Source: an uncultured virus (IMG/VR IMGVR_UViG_3300025759_000001) (Duplodnaviria; Heunggongvirae; Uroviricota; Caudoviricetes; Crassvirales). From it: a stretch of DNA of 64,000 nt. The translations under genes were made by a program, and so were the position numbers. Numbering within the stretch: position 1 is the first letter of the stretch; each line of letters begins with the position of its first letter. The DNA lies in IMG/VR virus record IMGVR_UViG_3300025759_000001; one strand, 5' to 3'. A model generated the notes under the pieces. That model made no database searches, was not told the DNA's origin, and was given only the letters and a program-made list of their open reading frames with translations. Shown here one piece after another: positions 29,626-39,586 of the stretch.

Positions 29626-31587
29626 TTAATAATCTATTACTGTTTGATCCATTTTTCTCATGTCTTCTGTAAAGAACTGAGCACCTAATCTTACTACTTT
29701 TATTTGCCTATTTACGGTATCAAATGCCATTGTAGTAAGCAAGTCTTCACTTCTAGTCCCAGGTTTTCTCTGAGTGGATCCATATTTATTTCTATTTTTA
29801 TTATCTGTAGTACAATTAATAGTTATAATTGTTTGAGTCGTATATCCAGTTAAAGTTCCAACTCCATCTTGATGTACATGTCCACAGAGATATGTAATAA
29901 AATGCCCTGCTCCTCTTGATGTGAAATCAACGTTTACAGTTAAATTTGGCTTATAGGCTGCTTCTCCTGTTGATCCGCTAGTAGGATATGATAAAGCTCC
30001 ACTAGTTGTACCTGTTATCCAAGCCTCCATCATATCTGCAACAGGATTACCAACTACATAATTTGCTTCTGCATCCCAATTTACAATCTTAGGGTCTGTT
30101 AGTTTACAAGTATAATCAACCGTGATATTAGGCTGATCTTCTATTGGATAATGTGTTATAACTATAACAGCGTAATCAGTTGGGGTTGATGCTAATGTAG
30201 CTTCTAACCAATCTAATTGAGCTTGGGACCAAATCCTATGAGTTTTAAATATCCTATACTGTAAAGGATCAATTGGATCTACATCGTCATTATCATCCAT
30301 GTCATACATGTTGATTGTTCTTATTTTGTAAGAAGTCCAATCTTTATAGTAATAACTCTTACCTGCATGCACTCCCCCTATCGCTGCTTCATATGGCTGT
30401 ATAAATCTAGCATAAGATGCCGCGGTAGAACCTGTACTGGCTATAGTTCTATATAGGCCTTCATCATGATTTCCAATGCTTATAAGTACCGGTTTACCTA
30501 TTGTATGATACGGATCCACAAAAGTGTAGTCATCTAACCAAGTGTCAATACAAGTATCCCCCATATTTAATCCTCCATCGATAGTATCAAATTGGTTCAT
30601 TAGGGTTATACCACTATTCATTCTATCTACGTCTCCGTGAATATCTGTCATTATAAACAACTGTAAATTCCTTTGATCATAAGTAAATCTATCCTTAAAG
30701 TAATATGCACTAGAGTCAACTGCCTCCCACATATCGTTATTTCTGTATATTACGTCAGCATATGGTGTAGGGTAAGTTAGTGGTACTGTTGCTGTATTGT
30801 ACTGTATAATGTGTTTCTCATCAGGGTCTATAGGTAACACTGGTCCTGAATATGTTATTGTACTGCCGGTTAAAGTATAATCGACTCCTTCATCTAACAA
30901 TATTAAACCTCCTCCGCTTGTTGTACCAGCATATAATCTATGTGGAAAGCTAGATGAAGGTGTTCCAGATAAAACCCAAGTATTCTCTCCTCCAGCAAAG
31001 TTAATTTCTTCTTCTACTTCTGAACCTATTCCCGCAGTTGTTGCATAAGATGTTGAGTCTAGCGAACCATCACCTTTAACAAATTGAGTTGCAGCTCCAC
31101 CATCAGTTACAAATGCAGTAGCCTGTACATTACCATTAACATCAAGAATTGCTGATGTAAGGTCAAATAACTGAAGATTTCCACCTTCTCTATTTATCCT
31201 TAATATAGCAGCAACACCACTTTCTCTAGCCATTATTTCATTACCATCCATGGATATATTACCTCCATCAGGACCAACTTGAAGTGCGTGATTTGTTGAT
31301 GTTAAAGATACATCATTGCTATTTGTTAATTTAATTTGTGCATTAGCACCACCTGTTAATAAACCTGTGAAAGTATCTGATGAATCTAATAAATAATTAC
31401 CTGCAGGTTGATAGGCTGTAGAAGTAAAAGCATTACTTCCTAATTCTCGTGTACCCACGACACTAGAATCATTAATCATAAGAGCAGTGGCTTCACTTGC
31501 TTGTGTAGAGAGTGTAGAAAGGTTTAATGTTTTAGCTTTCACTAAACCGTCTATTGCTATATCACTTTTAATTTTAATTTCTGCCAT
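29626..31587 (-). CDS. Fibre/appendage protein with C-terminal metallophosphoesterase domain
   Basis: Fibre-like N-terminus (QFVKGDGSLDSTSY); C-terminal TDIHGD, MGDT, GNHDE, THYP, GHVH. Confidence 0.75.
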   Translation of the reverse strand: MAEIKIKSDIAIDGLVKAKTLNLSTLSTQASEATALMINDSSVVGTRELGSNAFTSTAYQPAGNYLLDSSDTFTGLLTGGANAQIKLTNSNDVSLTSTNHALQVGPDGGNISMDGNEIMARESGVAAILRINREGGNLQLFDLTSAILDVNGNVQATAFVTDGGAATQFVKGDGSLDSTSYATTAGIGSEVEEEINFAGGENTWVLSGTPSSSFPHRLYAGTTSGGGLILLDEGVDYTLTGSTITYSGPVLPIDPDEKHIIQYNTATVPLTYPTPYADVIYRNNDMWEAVDSSAYYFKDRFTYDQRNLQLFIMTDIHGDVDRMNSGITLMNQFDTIDGGLNMGDTCIDTWLDDYTFVDPYHTIGKPVLISIGNHDEGLYRTIASTGSTAASYARFIQPYEAAIGGVHAGKSYYYKDWTSYKIRTINMYDMDDNDDVDPIDPLQYRIFKTHRIWSQAQLDWLEATLASTPTDYAVIVITHYPIEDQPNITVDYTCKLTDPKIVNWDAEANYVVGNPVADMMEAWITGTTSGALSYPTSGSTGEAAYKPNLTVNVDFTSRGAGHFITYLCGHVHQDGVGTLTGYTTQTIITINCTTDNKNRNKYGSTQRKPGTRSEDLLTTMAFDTVNRQIKVVRLGAQFFTEDMRKMDQTVIDY

Positions 31588-31596
31588 AACTTGCTT

Positions 31597-33180
31597 TTAC
31601 CCTATTATCACAACTCTATATTCATTTGAAGTTGGTGCTACATTAAACTTAAAGGTTGTTGTATTTGTACTAGTGTTTTCAATCTCACAAACAACTAAAT
31701 CTCCAGTTGAAGCATCAAATACTTGAGACTGGACGTTTATATCTCCGATAGAATGAGTAATTACTATTGAAGTCAAAGCTCCATTCCCAATTAATTGAGT
31801 ATATTTTAATACAGTTGATAAGGTTCCTGTTACTCCTAGCGTGCCTTTAAGTGTTGCTGGTGTAACTGCTCTTACTGTATCTGTACCCGTATTAACTTCA
31901 GTTTGAGTTGCTAACTCTATAATCCCTTTTGCTGTTGTGGATGCGTCAACTATTGTTGGTATGTTTTTATTAACTATTGTCCATCCGGCCAATGTTGAAG
32001 CTCCATCAACTTCTGCAACAACTACATCTCCTACTTGCACGTTTTCTGCAAAGAATGCTCCGTCTGCAGTTACAGTATATGTATCTCCGACTAAAACACC
32101 TATTCCAGACTCTAGATCAGGAGTATTTGTTGCTGCGTTATATTCACCCTGGTATGTCATTCCACCAACAACTTGAGAATCTACATAAGCTTTTACTGAT
32201 TGTTGTGTTGGGACTTTAGTTGCCGAATCACTAACCATTGTGTCTTCGTCAATAACAAAATTCATCGCTGCAGTTGTAGTGTCTGAATTCATTACAGCAC
32301 CTGCTGCATTTACGTTAGTAGCGTCAGTTACATCTGCCAAAGGCTCAATACCGTCAAGTTTTGTTTTATCTTCTGCAGACATTGCTCCATCAGTAGAAGT
32401 TGTTGCTTTATTTACTTGAAGTTCCTGTGCAGCTAAATTTAACGTTTCCTGAGTCGTAGTATCTGCATTAAGAGTTACATCTCCGGTATTGGATCCAGTA
32501 CTAGTTCCTGTTATTGCGTCTAATTTTATTTTATCAGCAGTAGATAATACACCCGCATTAGTTTGTGTACCAACAGCTATTGTATCATCAGTACCATCAC
32601 TTGACAAAACAGTAACTACATCACCAACCTGAGTAACAGTTATATCTGTATCTACATTTACATTAGCACCTGCTGTTATGCCGTCTAATTTAGTCTTATC
32701 AGCAGAAGTCATAACACCTGCTAAAGTTGTCGTTGCCGCATCTAAGGTTGCGTCTGTACCAGTACTTGATGTCACCGGAACAGTTGTTGTTGTTCTTGTT
32801 CCCTGAGCTATATTTGTATCTACATTTACTTCTGCACCAGTAGCTATTCCATCTAACTTTGTTTTGTCTGCTGCTGTCATTACACCCGCAACAGTTATAG
32901 TGGCTGCTCCTATAATCCCGTCTGTACCAGTACTACTTACAACAGTTACTGTTGTACCGTTTGCTGTTGTGGTTAAATTAGTGCCTCCACTTCCTTGAGA
33001 GGTAAGATCAACCCACGCTGCACCTATACCATCCCAGATATATATATTACCGTCTGCTGTGTTGTAGTATATTTGACCTGCAACTGGTGTTGAAGGTGCT
33101 GTTGCTAAGTTTTGAACTACTGCATTCAGTATTTGGTTCTTACTTAGATCAAGATTGCTTAAATACTTAATTTCTGCCAT
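31597..33180 (-). CDS. Fibre protein with DKxKLDGI repeats
   Basis: Four xGxxxxxDKxKLDxI repeats, KVPTQQSVKAYVD, ASTTAKGIIELAT. Confidence 0.75.
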   Translation of the reverse strand: MAEIKYLSNLDLSKNQILNAVVQNLATAPSTPVAGQIYYNTADGNIYIWDGIGAAWVDLTSQGSGGTNLTTTANGTTVTVVSSTGTDGIIGAATITVAGVMTAADKTKLDGIATGAEVNVDTNIAQGTRTTTTVPVTSSTGTDATLDAATTTLAGVMTSADKTKLDGITAGANVNVDTDITVTQVGDVVTVLSSDGTDDTIAVGTQTNAGVLSTADKIKLDAITGTSTGSNTGDVTLNADTTTQETLNLAAQELQVNKATTSTDGAMSAEDKTKLDGIEPLADVTDATNVNAAGAVMNSDTTTAAMNFVIDEDTMVSDSATKVPTQQSVKAYVDSQVVGGMTYQGEYNAATNTPDLESGIGVLVGDTYTVTADGAFFAENVQVGDVVVAEVDGASTLAGWTIVNKNIPTIVDASTTAKGIIELATQTEVNTGTDTVRAVTPATLKGTLGVTGTLSTVLKYTQLIGNGALTSIVITHSIGDINVQSQVFDASTGDLVVCEIENTSTNTTTFKFNVAPTSNEYRVVIIG

Positions 33181-33192
33181 GTTTTATTGTTT

Positions 33193-34284
33193 TTAATTTA
33201 GGTATGCTTTCCCTGAGAAAGCACTATTGAATGTTAATATTAAATTGTTTAAATCTGTATAATTTATTTGTCCTACTACTACCGTATTTCCTGAATCAAC
33301 AACAGTAACACTTGGGTATTTGTTAAGGTTGTGGTTTATGTTCCAAACTGTTATTGGTAATCCTTGATCAAATATGAATGTTGTTGGGCCAGTAAGACCA
33401 GATATATCTGATACATCTAGTTGTCTATTTTCCCATCTTGAATTAGTTGTGCTCCACATTATAGCGTCTTTATCTGCTTCAGCAGATATTTCAACATCAT
33501 GTAATTCACCAATATGATAACCTAAAGATGTTGCTCTAATCAATAGAGTCCCTACTGTTGCGTGTGCTCTAACTACTATTGCTATTGGTATGTCTTGATT
33601 TGGTGCAACTGGTTGTATTTTAGTTAAGTCTCCTGCTACTGTTGGTGAAGCATACAATAAATCACCATCAATCCATGTCTCTCCTTCTGCTGTTCCGTCT
33701 GTTGGAATACCTCTAACATTTCCAATAATAGTTACAAATCCAAACTCACCTGTTAAAATAGATTCTGTTGCTATACCAATTACAGTCTTTTCTTCAATAG
33801 AATTATCTGCAATAAATTTATTTATAGTAACTCTTCCTGATGCTCCTACTGCTCCTGTAACATAGACAACATCTCCATCAGATATGTCAACATCAGCTTT
33901 AACTTTAAGTAACTGTTCCTGACCAACTTGTAGTACAACATTTCCTCCACCCATTCCTAGGTCTAAAGTTCCATCTTCTAAATTCCAAGCCAACTCACCC
34001 TCTGCAGGATTAGCAATTTTTGTTAAATCAAAAGTAACTGAATCTGTATTATCTAAAATCTTATTTGAAACAGTTTGAACTGCCTCAATGCCAATTAATT
34101 GTTCTTCTATTGCTGCTGGATCATATACAGCTTTAGACATACCATTAATATCACTAAGAATTTCTGAAGGCAATCTAAATTTAACTATACCAGTTACATC
34201 TATTGTTACTAAGTTACCACTCGCATTATCCAATGCAAGAGTAAGATCCCCTAATACAGCTACGTCTTGATTAAATATGTTCAT
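33193..34284 (-). CDS. Fibre/decoration protein
   Basis: ISDGDVVYVTG...IGIATE cement-like domain; C-terminal WNINHNLNKYPSVTVVD...FSGKAYLN. Confidence 0.6.
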   Translation of the reverse strand: MNIFNQDVAVLGDLTLALDNASGNLVTIDVTGIVKFRLPSEILSDINGMSKAVYDPAAIEEQLIGIEAVQTVSNKILDNTDSVTFDLTKIANPAEGELAWNLEDGTLDLGMGGGNVVLQVGQEQLLKVKADVDISDGDVVYVTGAVGASGRVTINKFIADNSIEEKTVIGIATESILTGEFGFVTIIGNVRGIPTDGTAEGETWIDGDLLYASPTVAGDLTKIQPVAPNQDIPIAIVVRAHATVGTLLIRATSLGYHIGELHDVEISAEADKDAIMWSTTNSRWENRQLDVSDISGLTGPTTFIFDQGLPITVWNINHNLNKYPSVTVVDSGNTVVVGQINYTDLNNLILTFNSAFSGKAYLN

Positions 34285-34287
34285 TAA

Positions 34288-35664
34288 TTATAATGTTATT
34301 ATTTCGTATGTTAAATAAATATCTACTGTTCCGTCTCCTACTGCAATTGAATCTGTTCCAGAAGCGTTAATAGCAGTATTTTCTATTAGATTATAACCTC
34401 CATCAGTCACAGGGCTTTCTATTGTTGTTGATGTTTGTGATAAAAAAAGGTCGCCAGTACCAATAGTATCAAAAGATGTTATAAATATAGCATTCTCATC
34501 AAACGCAACAGTACCAAAGTTAATCCTACCTATTACATACAATATCTTAATTACTGTTCCTACTCCTCCTGCTGGTATTAATTCTACTGGTGTTGTGCCT
34601 AGTGTATTAATTTGAGACGCTGTTAAAGTTACTTTAATTTTATTAATGTTAGATTTAGACTCATACCACTCTCTTGTTATCAATACTCTTCCTGTAACTT
34701 CTGAATCAATTAAAGCTGTTGTTAAACTGTCTCCAATTACTTGTCCATTAAACTTAACCGTAAAACCATCTTTTCTTGTATTAGATGTCCATCTTGCGGA
34801 TGGCGTAAATGTTGTTCCAATACCAACTTGAAACATAGGTCTATCAGAAGCACTGCCTCCTCCTGTCCATAAGGTGTTGGATGTCCCGACAACAACAGAA
34901 CCATTAGAATTATTTGTTACAGCCAAACCTAAACCTACACCACCAAAAGCCGCGTTCATAGTGACGTTGTGTCCAATAGCTGTTAAAAAACTATTTACAT
35001 TTGAAGGAACTGTAGTGTTGTATGTACCTATACAGGTGTCTCCGTATCCATATCCAGCATTATTATAATTACCAATCATTACTGCATTTGCGTATGCATT
35101 GGTTTGATTAGCACCACCCATTACGATTGTAGCGTATTGAGCATTGTCTTTATTATCTAAACCGAAATTAATTCCCCGAGCAGAATTAGTACCATAAGGT
35201 AATGATGGTATATCTGGTAGCCCTACGGAAGTTCCGTCATATAACATAGCATCCCATGCTTTATCACCTATGTAGTATCTATTAACATTATCACCTGCAG
35301 TTTCTCCTATAAATCTCCATCCTGTATTAAGCCCTTCTGTTACTTCTTCGAATCCAGAAGCTATAATTGAAGGTGAAGCAGATATTACGCCACCTCCATC
35401 TATTGTTATAGTTGTATTATCAATCTTTACTCCTCCGAGTATAGTATCAGTTGCAGTAGGTAATGTATATGATCCTCCGCCTCCAGAGGCGCCTAAATCT
35501 AACCATGTTGCACCGGTCCATCCGTAAAATGTACCTAATCCAGCATGATAGAAAGTTAATCCAGAATCTCCAGCAACAACAGAAGGTAGGGCTATACCAT
35601 TTTCCATTCGAAAATTTTTAGCTTCATTTCTGCTAAGATCTATGTCTGTTCCAAATATATGCAT
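34288..35664 (-). CDS. Fibre protein with trimeric beta-roll-like repeats
   Basis: YTLPTATDTILGGVKID and repeated xIGxxN units. Confidence 0.65.
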   Translation of the reverse strand: MHIFGTDIDLSRNEAKNFRMENGIALPSVVAGDSGLTFYHAGLGTFYGWTGATWLDLGASGGGGSYTLPTATDTILGGVKIDNTTITIDGGGVISASPSIIASGFEEVTEGLNTGWRFIGETAGDNVNRYYIGDKAWDAMLYDGTSVGLPDIPSLPYGTNSARGINFGLDNKDNAQYATIVMGGANQTNAYANAVMIGNYNNAGYGYGDTCIGTYNTTVPSNVNSFLTAIGHNVTMNAAFGGVGLGLAVTNNSNGSVVVGTSNTLWTGGGSASDRPMFQVGIGTTFTPSARWTSNTRKDGFTVKFNGQVIGDSLTTALIDSEVTGRVLITREWYESKSNINKIKVTLTASQINTLGTTPVELIPAGGVGTVIKILYVIGRINFGTVAFDENAIFITSFDTIGTGDLFLSQTSTTIESPVTDGGYNLIENTAINASGTDSIAVGDGTVDIYLTYEIITL

Positions 35665-35665
35665 A

Positions 35666-36355
35666 TTAGTTTAAGTAAGCTGTTCCTGAAAAGGCCACGT
35701 TAAATGTAAGTGTTAAATTGCTTGTGTCTGTAAAAGTTATATCTCCGAATACTGTATTGCCAGATCCATCTTGAACTGTGACTGAAGGATTCTTTCCTAA
35801 TGAGTGTGGAATTACCCATGATGTTGCAGCTATTGCTTGCGTGTGTACGTATGTAGCGTCACCAGGAACAGCATCAACATAAATATGAGTTAATTCATCA
35901 GCAGATACTTGTATGTATTTTAAAGCGTTTCCAACTTTAGTACTTGGAGTATCTGTTAATTCGTCATAAGTTAAAGTTCCTGAAGCACATTTCTCACTAT
36001 CAACTTCCCTTGTGTCAGTGAAATTAAATGTATCTATTGTTTCTATTGTAGTATTATTTACAACTGTAACATCGCAACTATCAAAAACTCCAGGATTACC
36101 AGAGTTCTCTATTGAAAATGAAAATATAAGTGTAGTATTAAATGCTACTGTCTGTGGAGAAATAAGTGTAGATTCTACCGCGTTAGAAACATACATTGCA
36201 TTATCGTACGTTCCTGCCAATGTAATAACTATGCTTTCTGAAGCAAGAGCTGTAACTTGATAAGTATAAATAGTTGCACAATCTGTGCTATTTGCACTTA
36301 GTTGAGTGACCTCGTATGTACTGTCACTTCCTATTGTAATATTAAAATCTGCCAT
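35666..36355 (-). CDS. Structural/fibre adaptor protein
   Basis: YDELTDTPS motif; C-terminal WVIPHSLGKNPSVTVQD...FSGTAYLN. Confidence 0.6.
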   Translation of the reverse strand: MADFNITIGSDSTYEVTQLSANSTDCATIYTYQVTALASESIVITLAGTYDNAMYVSNAVESTLISPQTVAFNTTLIFSFSIENSGNPGVFDSCDVTVVNNTTIETIDTFNFTDTREVDSEKCASGTLTYDELTDTPSTKVGNALKYIQVSADELTHIYVDAVPGDATYVHTQAIAATSWVIPHSLGKNPSVTVQDGSGNTVFGDITFTDTSNLTLTFNVAFSGTAYLN

Positions 36356-36367
36356 TTTATCTTTTTT

Positions 36368-37105
36368 TTATCCTACGAATATTCCTGATGTATCAGCTAA
36401 TTCGAATGTGAATCCTTGTAAATCACCATCTGTATCTGTTAAGTCTGGAACATATGTTAGTAATCCTAAATCTACATCTGACATGTCTATTACCTCATTA
36501 ATAGCAACTTCTAATGCTGAAATATATATAGTTCCTAGTGTCGGAACTCCAGTTATCCTTAAAAATAAAGCTGGGTCACCTTCAGGATCATTATACGCTG
36601 GAATAGTACCTGAAGTAAACATCGCGCTAGTAAATGTTAACGTCTCACCATAAGAAATAGTAGCCGAACCTGTTCCAACAGAATCTGGAGGTAGGTTAGC
36701 TATTTGAGCAGCAACAATAATTGTTACACTTCCTGTAAAAGAGCTAAATGTAGAGGAACCATCATCAGATGATGTATAAGTAAAAGATGAACCATACCCA
36801 TCTGTATCTGCAGGGTCAGCTTGATATTCAAGATTACCTGATGTTAATTGAGCTGAAGTTATCACATCATTTGCTATAACCGCAACAGAACTTAGTGTTA
36901 ATGTGCCAACTGCTGGTAACGTAAGTATCTTAATACTCTCAAGTGAATCTCCATCAGGATCTGAAAATATAGGACTAGCTAGTGTTGTATAGTCAGCTAG
37001 CGTAAATGGGTATAATTCATTATACGCTATGCTTATAGCTACAACTCCTGGTTTATTAGGAGGCTGATTAGCCTCCGCAGCTATTGCTAATGTTATTATT
37101 CCCAT
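36368..37105 (-). CDS. Structural protein with two cadherin/Ig-like repeats (paralog of 9453..10199)
   Basis: FSDPDGD and YNDPEGD repeats; directly after the portal. Confidence 0.7.
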   Translation of the reverse strand: MGIITLAIAAEANQPPNKPGVVAISIAYNELYPFTLADYTTLASPIFSDPDGDSLESIKILTLPAVGTLTLSSVAVIANDVITSAQLTSGNLEYQADPADTDGYGSSFTYTSSDDGSSTFSSFTGSVTIIVAAQIANLPPDSVGTGSATISYGETLTFTSAMFTSGTIPAYNDPEGDPALFLRITGVPTLGTIYISALEVAINEVIDMSDVDLGLLTYVPDLTDTDGDLQGFTFELADTSGIFVG

Positions 37106-39525
37106 TATTTAGATGTTGAAGGAGCAGGTTTATTTGCTACCTTATTCTTAATTGCTATTTCTTTATCTTTACGAGCCATCTGATCTCTATGCTTAGTCAT
37201 GTCGTTAGATAATCCTTTCTCTTTGATCCCTAACTCAGCTTTAAATTTCTCATAGTCTGCATCATCAGTATTGTTGCCCTCTGGCATATCTATACCAGCT
37301 TCCTCATTATCAATTTTGATACGATCTGTCTCAGCTTTTAACTCAGCAATATATCTTTTAGTCTCGTCTTCTTTATCAAACTCATAAGCAGCTCTTTCTT
37401 CATCTCTTTGCTCTTTAGCAGCTTGTTGCTCCATTAAAGCCTGAGCTTGTTTTTGTTCAGCTTCACCTTGAGCAGCTTGATTCTCTTTCATAGCTTTCTC
37501 ATCTTTCTCAATCATTCGTTGAACTTCACGTAATGAAGGTGAGTTGTACATTTTCATAGCAGCAGAGAATGTAATCATTTGGTTTTGTAAACCTAATTGA
37601 ATCATTCCATCTAATTTTTGTTGAATCTGGTTAATACCATCTTCATTAGATACTGCAAGACCATATTCTTCTTCAGCAAACTCATCACCATCAATCTCCA
37701 TGATCTGTCTAGTCATGTCGTCACCAATGTAAGAGAATTTTAATTCCTGACCCTTTAAAGCTATCTTAGCGGTTTCAATAAGTATTTGAAAACATCTCTT
37801 CTTGCAATAATCATGCAAAGTAAATAACTCTTCTGTGATGTGATTAGATTGAGACACCGCTCTCTCTATTCCACCCATAGTCTCTCTGTTCTCAGTTTGA
37901 CCAAGTCTTTGTCTTGAAACTCCAGTAATCTCGTCCATCTTAGCAGAAGCAAACTCCATCATCTCCATATGGACCTGAATGAAATCACCTATTCTTTGTT
38001 CAAGAACCTTACCAGTTGTATTTCCTACTGACCCAGCAAGTTTACCTTTTGCCATACCTTTCTGTCCTTCTTTGAAACTATCTACAACAGAAATACCTGA
38101 CTTACGTGCAAAGTATAACCATTTAGTAACATTCCAGCCAGTTGGTACTTTGGCTAAATCTAATTCAACAATAGACCCTAAGTATTTAGATAATGTTTCA
38201 TTCACCCTATACCATGATATATCAAACAGGTATTGGAATGGTTTGGCTCTATCTATCATAGATACTGCCTCTTGTTCGTTTGTATTATAAATCTGTCCAA
38301 CTATTCCACATGAATTGAATGAAGGCTCATTGATTTTATTATATTGTATTTCTCTAGGTTGGATCTTAACATAAGTATCTTTACCTACTTTAGCGCCTTT
38401 CCACCATTGTGTTACCCAGAATTTTTCTGAAGTCTCACCTTTATCTTTATCTAAAATATAATCCTCAGCTCTAAATTTAATCTGAGTTTTACCTAAGTCA
38501 TCAAAGTAAGTTACTTTTTGTATTTGCTTCATGGACTTCCAGAACATTCTAAGAACTCTAATATTTCCCGCGCCGTCTGTATAAGTGTTTCTTCCTTGAG
38601 ATCCACTTCCAGCGAATATTCCAGATGACTCTATGAAAGAATTTATTGTTTCCCTTTCATATATTTCCCATCCTTCTTTATCGTCAATTGCTAAATTTTC
38701 ACCATCTAAGTCTGTACCATCACCCCTGAATTCTCCGTTGTCTAACTTCTTAACGTCTTTTTCCTTAAGGTCTGCATAGAATGTATCTTGTATCTTTCCG
38801 GGGCTCCAGAAGTCATCTATTACAATAACATCAGCATCTTCTATCATATTAGAATAGCCAGATCTTAACGTATGTACTTTGAGTGGATTTAATTTTTCAA
38901 ATGTAACCTTTCCATTTACAATGTCAAACATGTAAATTTCCTCACCCATAATAAGTGCATCTTTAAAGCCTTGTTGAAATTTAATTTTCATTTCAAGCTT
39001 CTCAATATAACTACGCATTAAAAGATTAGCTCTCTTCTCGCGTAGATCCTGGTAGTCAAAGTTTATGTAATCACCATATGCCTGAAGTTCTTTATCCAAT
39101 TCTTCGTCAGATAGGTCAGATCCAATGAACTCTTTAATCTTTGCTTGGATTAAAGCCATCTTATCTGTTTTAATCTTAGATATAGTGTCTGGATTAGTTA
39201 TTTGAACTGTCCAATCAAACTTACGTCTTTTTTCCTCACCTACAAGTACATTTACTCGTGGTGCTACGATTGGGTAATGCTGTATGGCATCTGGAACAAA
39301 GTGTTGCTCTAAACCACCTGGGTTAAGAACTAACTTCATATCGCGTAAATCTACCTTACCATTGTATAGGTCTAGGTTTATTTTTTTGTTTTTAAATTTT
39401 CTACGTATAATAGTATTATTTAAGTGACTATTATGGTCTGCCCAGTCTAGGTGGGATTGTCTCCATTTTGGCCCCTTTTGCTTAAAGGACAATTTCTGTC
39501 TTGGAAAACTTTTATCTGTTGACAT
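37105..39525 (-). CDS. Portal protein
   Basis: 806 aa; FPRQKLSFKQK, IQHYPIVAPRVNVLVGEE, GVSRQRLG, ERAVSQSNHITE; directly downstream of TerL. Confidence 0.92.
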   Translation of the reverse strand: MSTDKSFPRQKLSFKQKGPKWRQSHLDWADHNSHLNNTIIRRKFKNKKINLDLYNGKVDLRDMKLVLNPGGLEQHFVPDAIQHYPIVAPRVNVLVGEEKRRKFDWTVQITNPDTISKIKTDKMALIQAKIKEFIGSDLSDEELDKELQAYGDYINFDYQDLREKRANLLMRSYIEKLEMKIKFQQGFKDALIMGEEIYMFDIVNGKVTFEKLNPLKVHTLRSGYSNMIEDADVIVIDDFWSPGKIQDTFYADLKEKDVKKLDNGEFRGDGTDLDGENLAIDDKEGWEIYERETINSFIESSGIFAGSGSQGRNTYTDGAGNIRVLRMFWKSMKQIQKVTYFDDLGKTQIKFRAEDYILDKDKGETSEKFWVTQWWKGAKVGKDTYVKIQPREIQYNKINEPSFNSCGIVGQIYNTNEQEAVSMIDRAKPFQYLFDISWYRVNETLSKYLGSIVELDLAKVPTGWNVTKWLYFARKSGISVVDSFKEGQKGMAKGKLAGSVGNTTGKVLEQRIGDFIQVHMEMMEFASAKMDEITGVSRQRLGQTENRETMGGIERAVSQSNHITEELFTLHDYCKKRCFQILIETAKIALKGQELKFSYIGDDMTRQIMEIDGDEFAEEEYGLAVSNEDGINQIQQKLDGMIQLGLQNQMITFSAAMKMYNSPSLREVQRMIEKDEKAMKENQAAQGEAEQKQAQALMEQQAAKEQRDEERAAYEFDKEDETKRYIAELKAETDRIKIDNEEAGIDMPEGNNTDDADYEKFKAELGIKEKGLSNDMTKHRDQMARKDKEIAIKNKVANKPAPSTSK

Positions 39526-39539
39526 ATTTCATATTTTTG

Positions 39540-39586
39540 TAAAAATAGTTCATTTTACTTTAATTATCATGCTATTATTATAGCTA
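39540..39586 (-). promoter_or_regulatory. Bipartite late promoter candidate for the portal operon
   Basis: TAGCTATAATA (overlapping the TerL stop), 28 nt, TATTTTTA. Confidence 0.55.

Noticed and set aside
26617..33180. DNA direct repeats in fibre genes (e.g. gttccgatacctacgttacc at ~27794 and ~28061) as DGR or invertible-segment signals
   Set aside because: Explained by repeated GNVGIGT and DKTKLDGI protein units. No reverse transcriptase, recombinase or adenine-specific template/variable pair was seen.
17338..37105. 20-kb separation of portal from MCP as an unusual rearrangement
   Set aside because: As I recall, fibre genes also lie between portal and MCP in other crAss-like phages, so the position alone is not novel.
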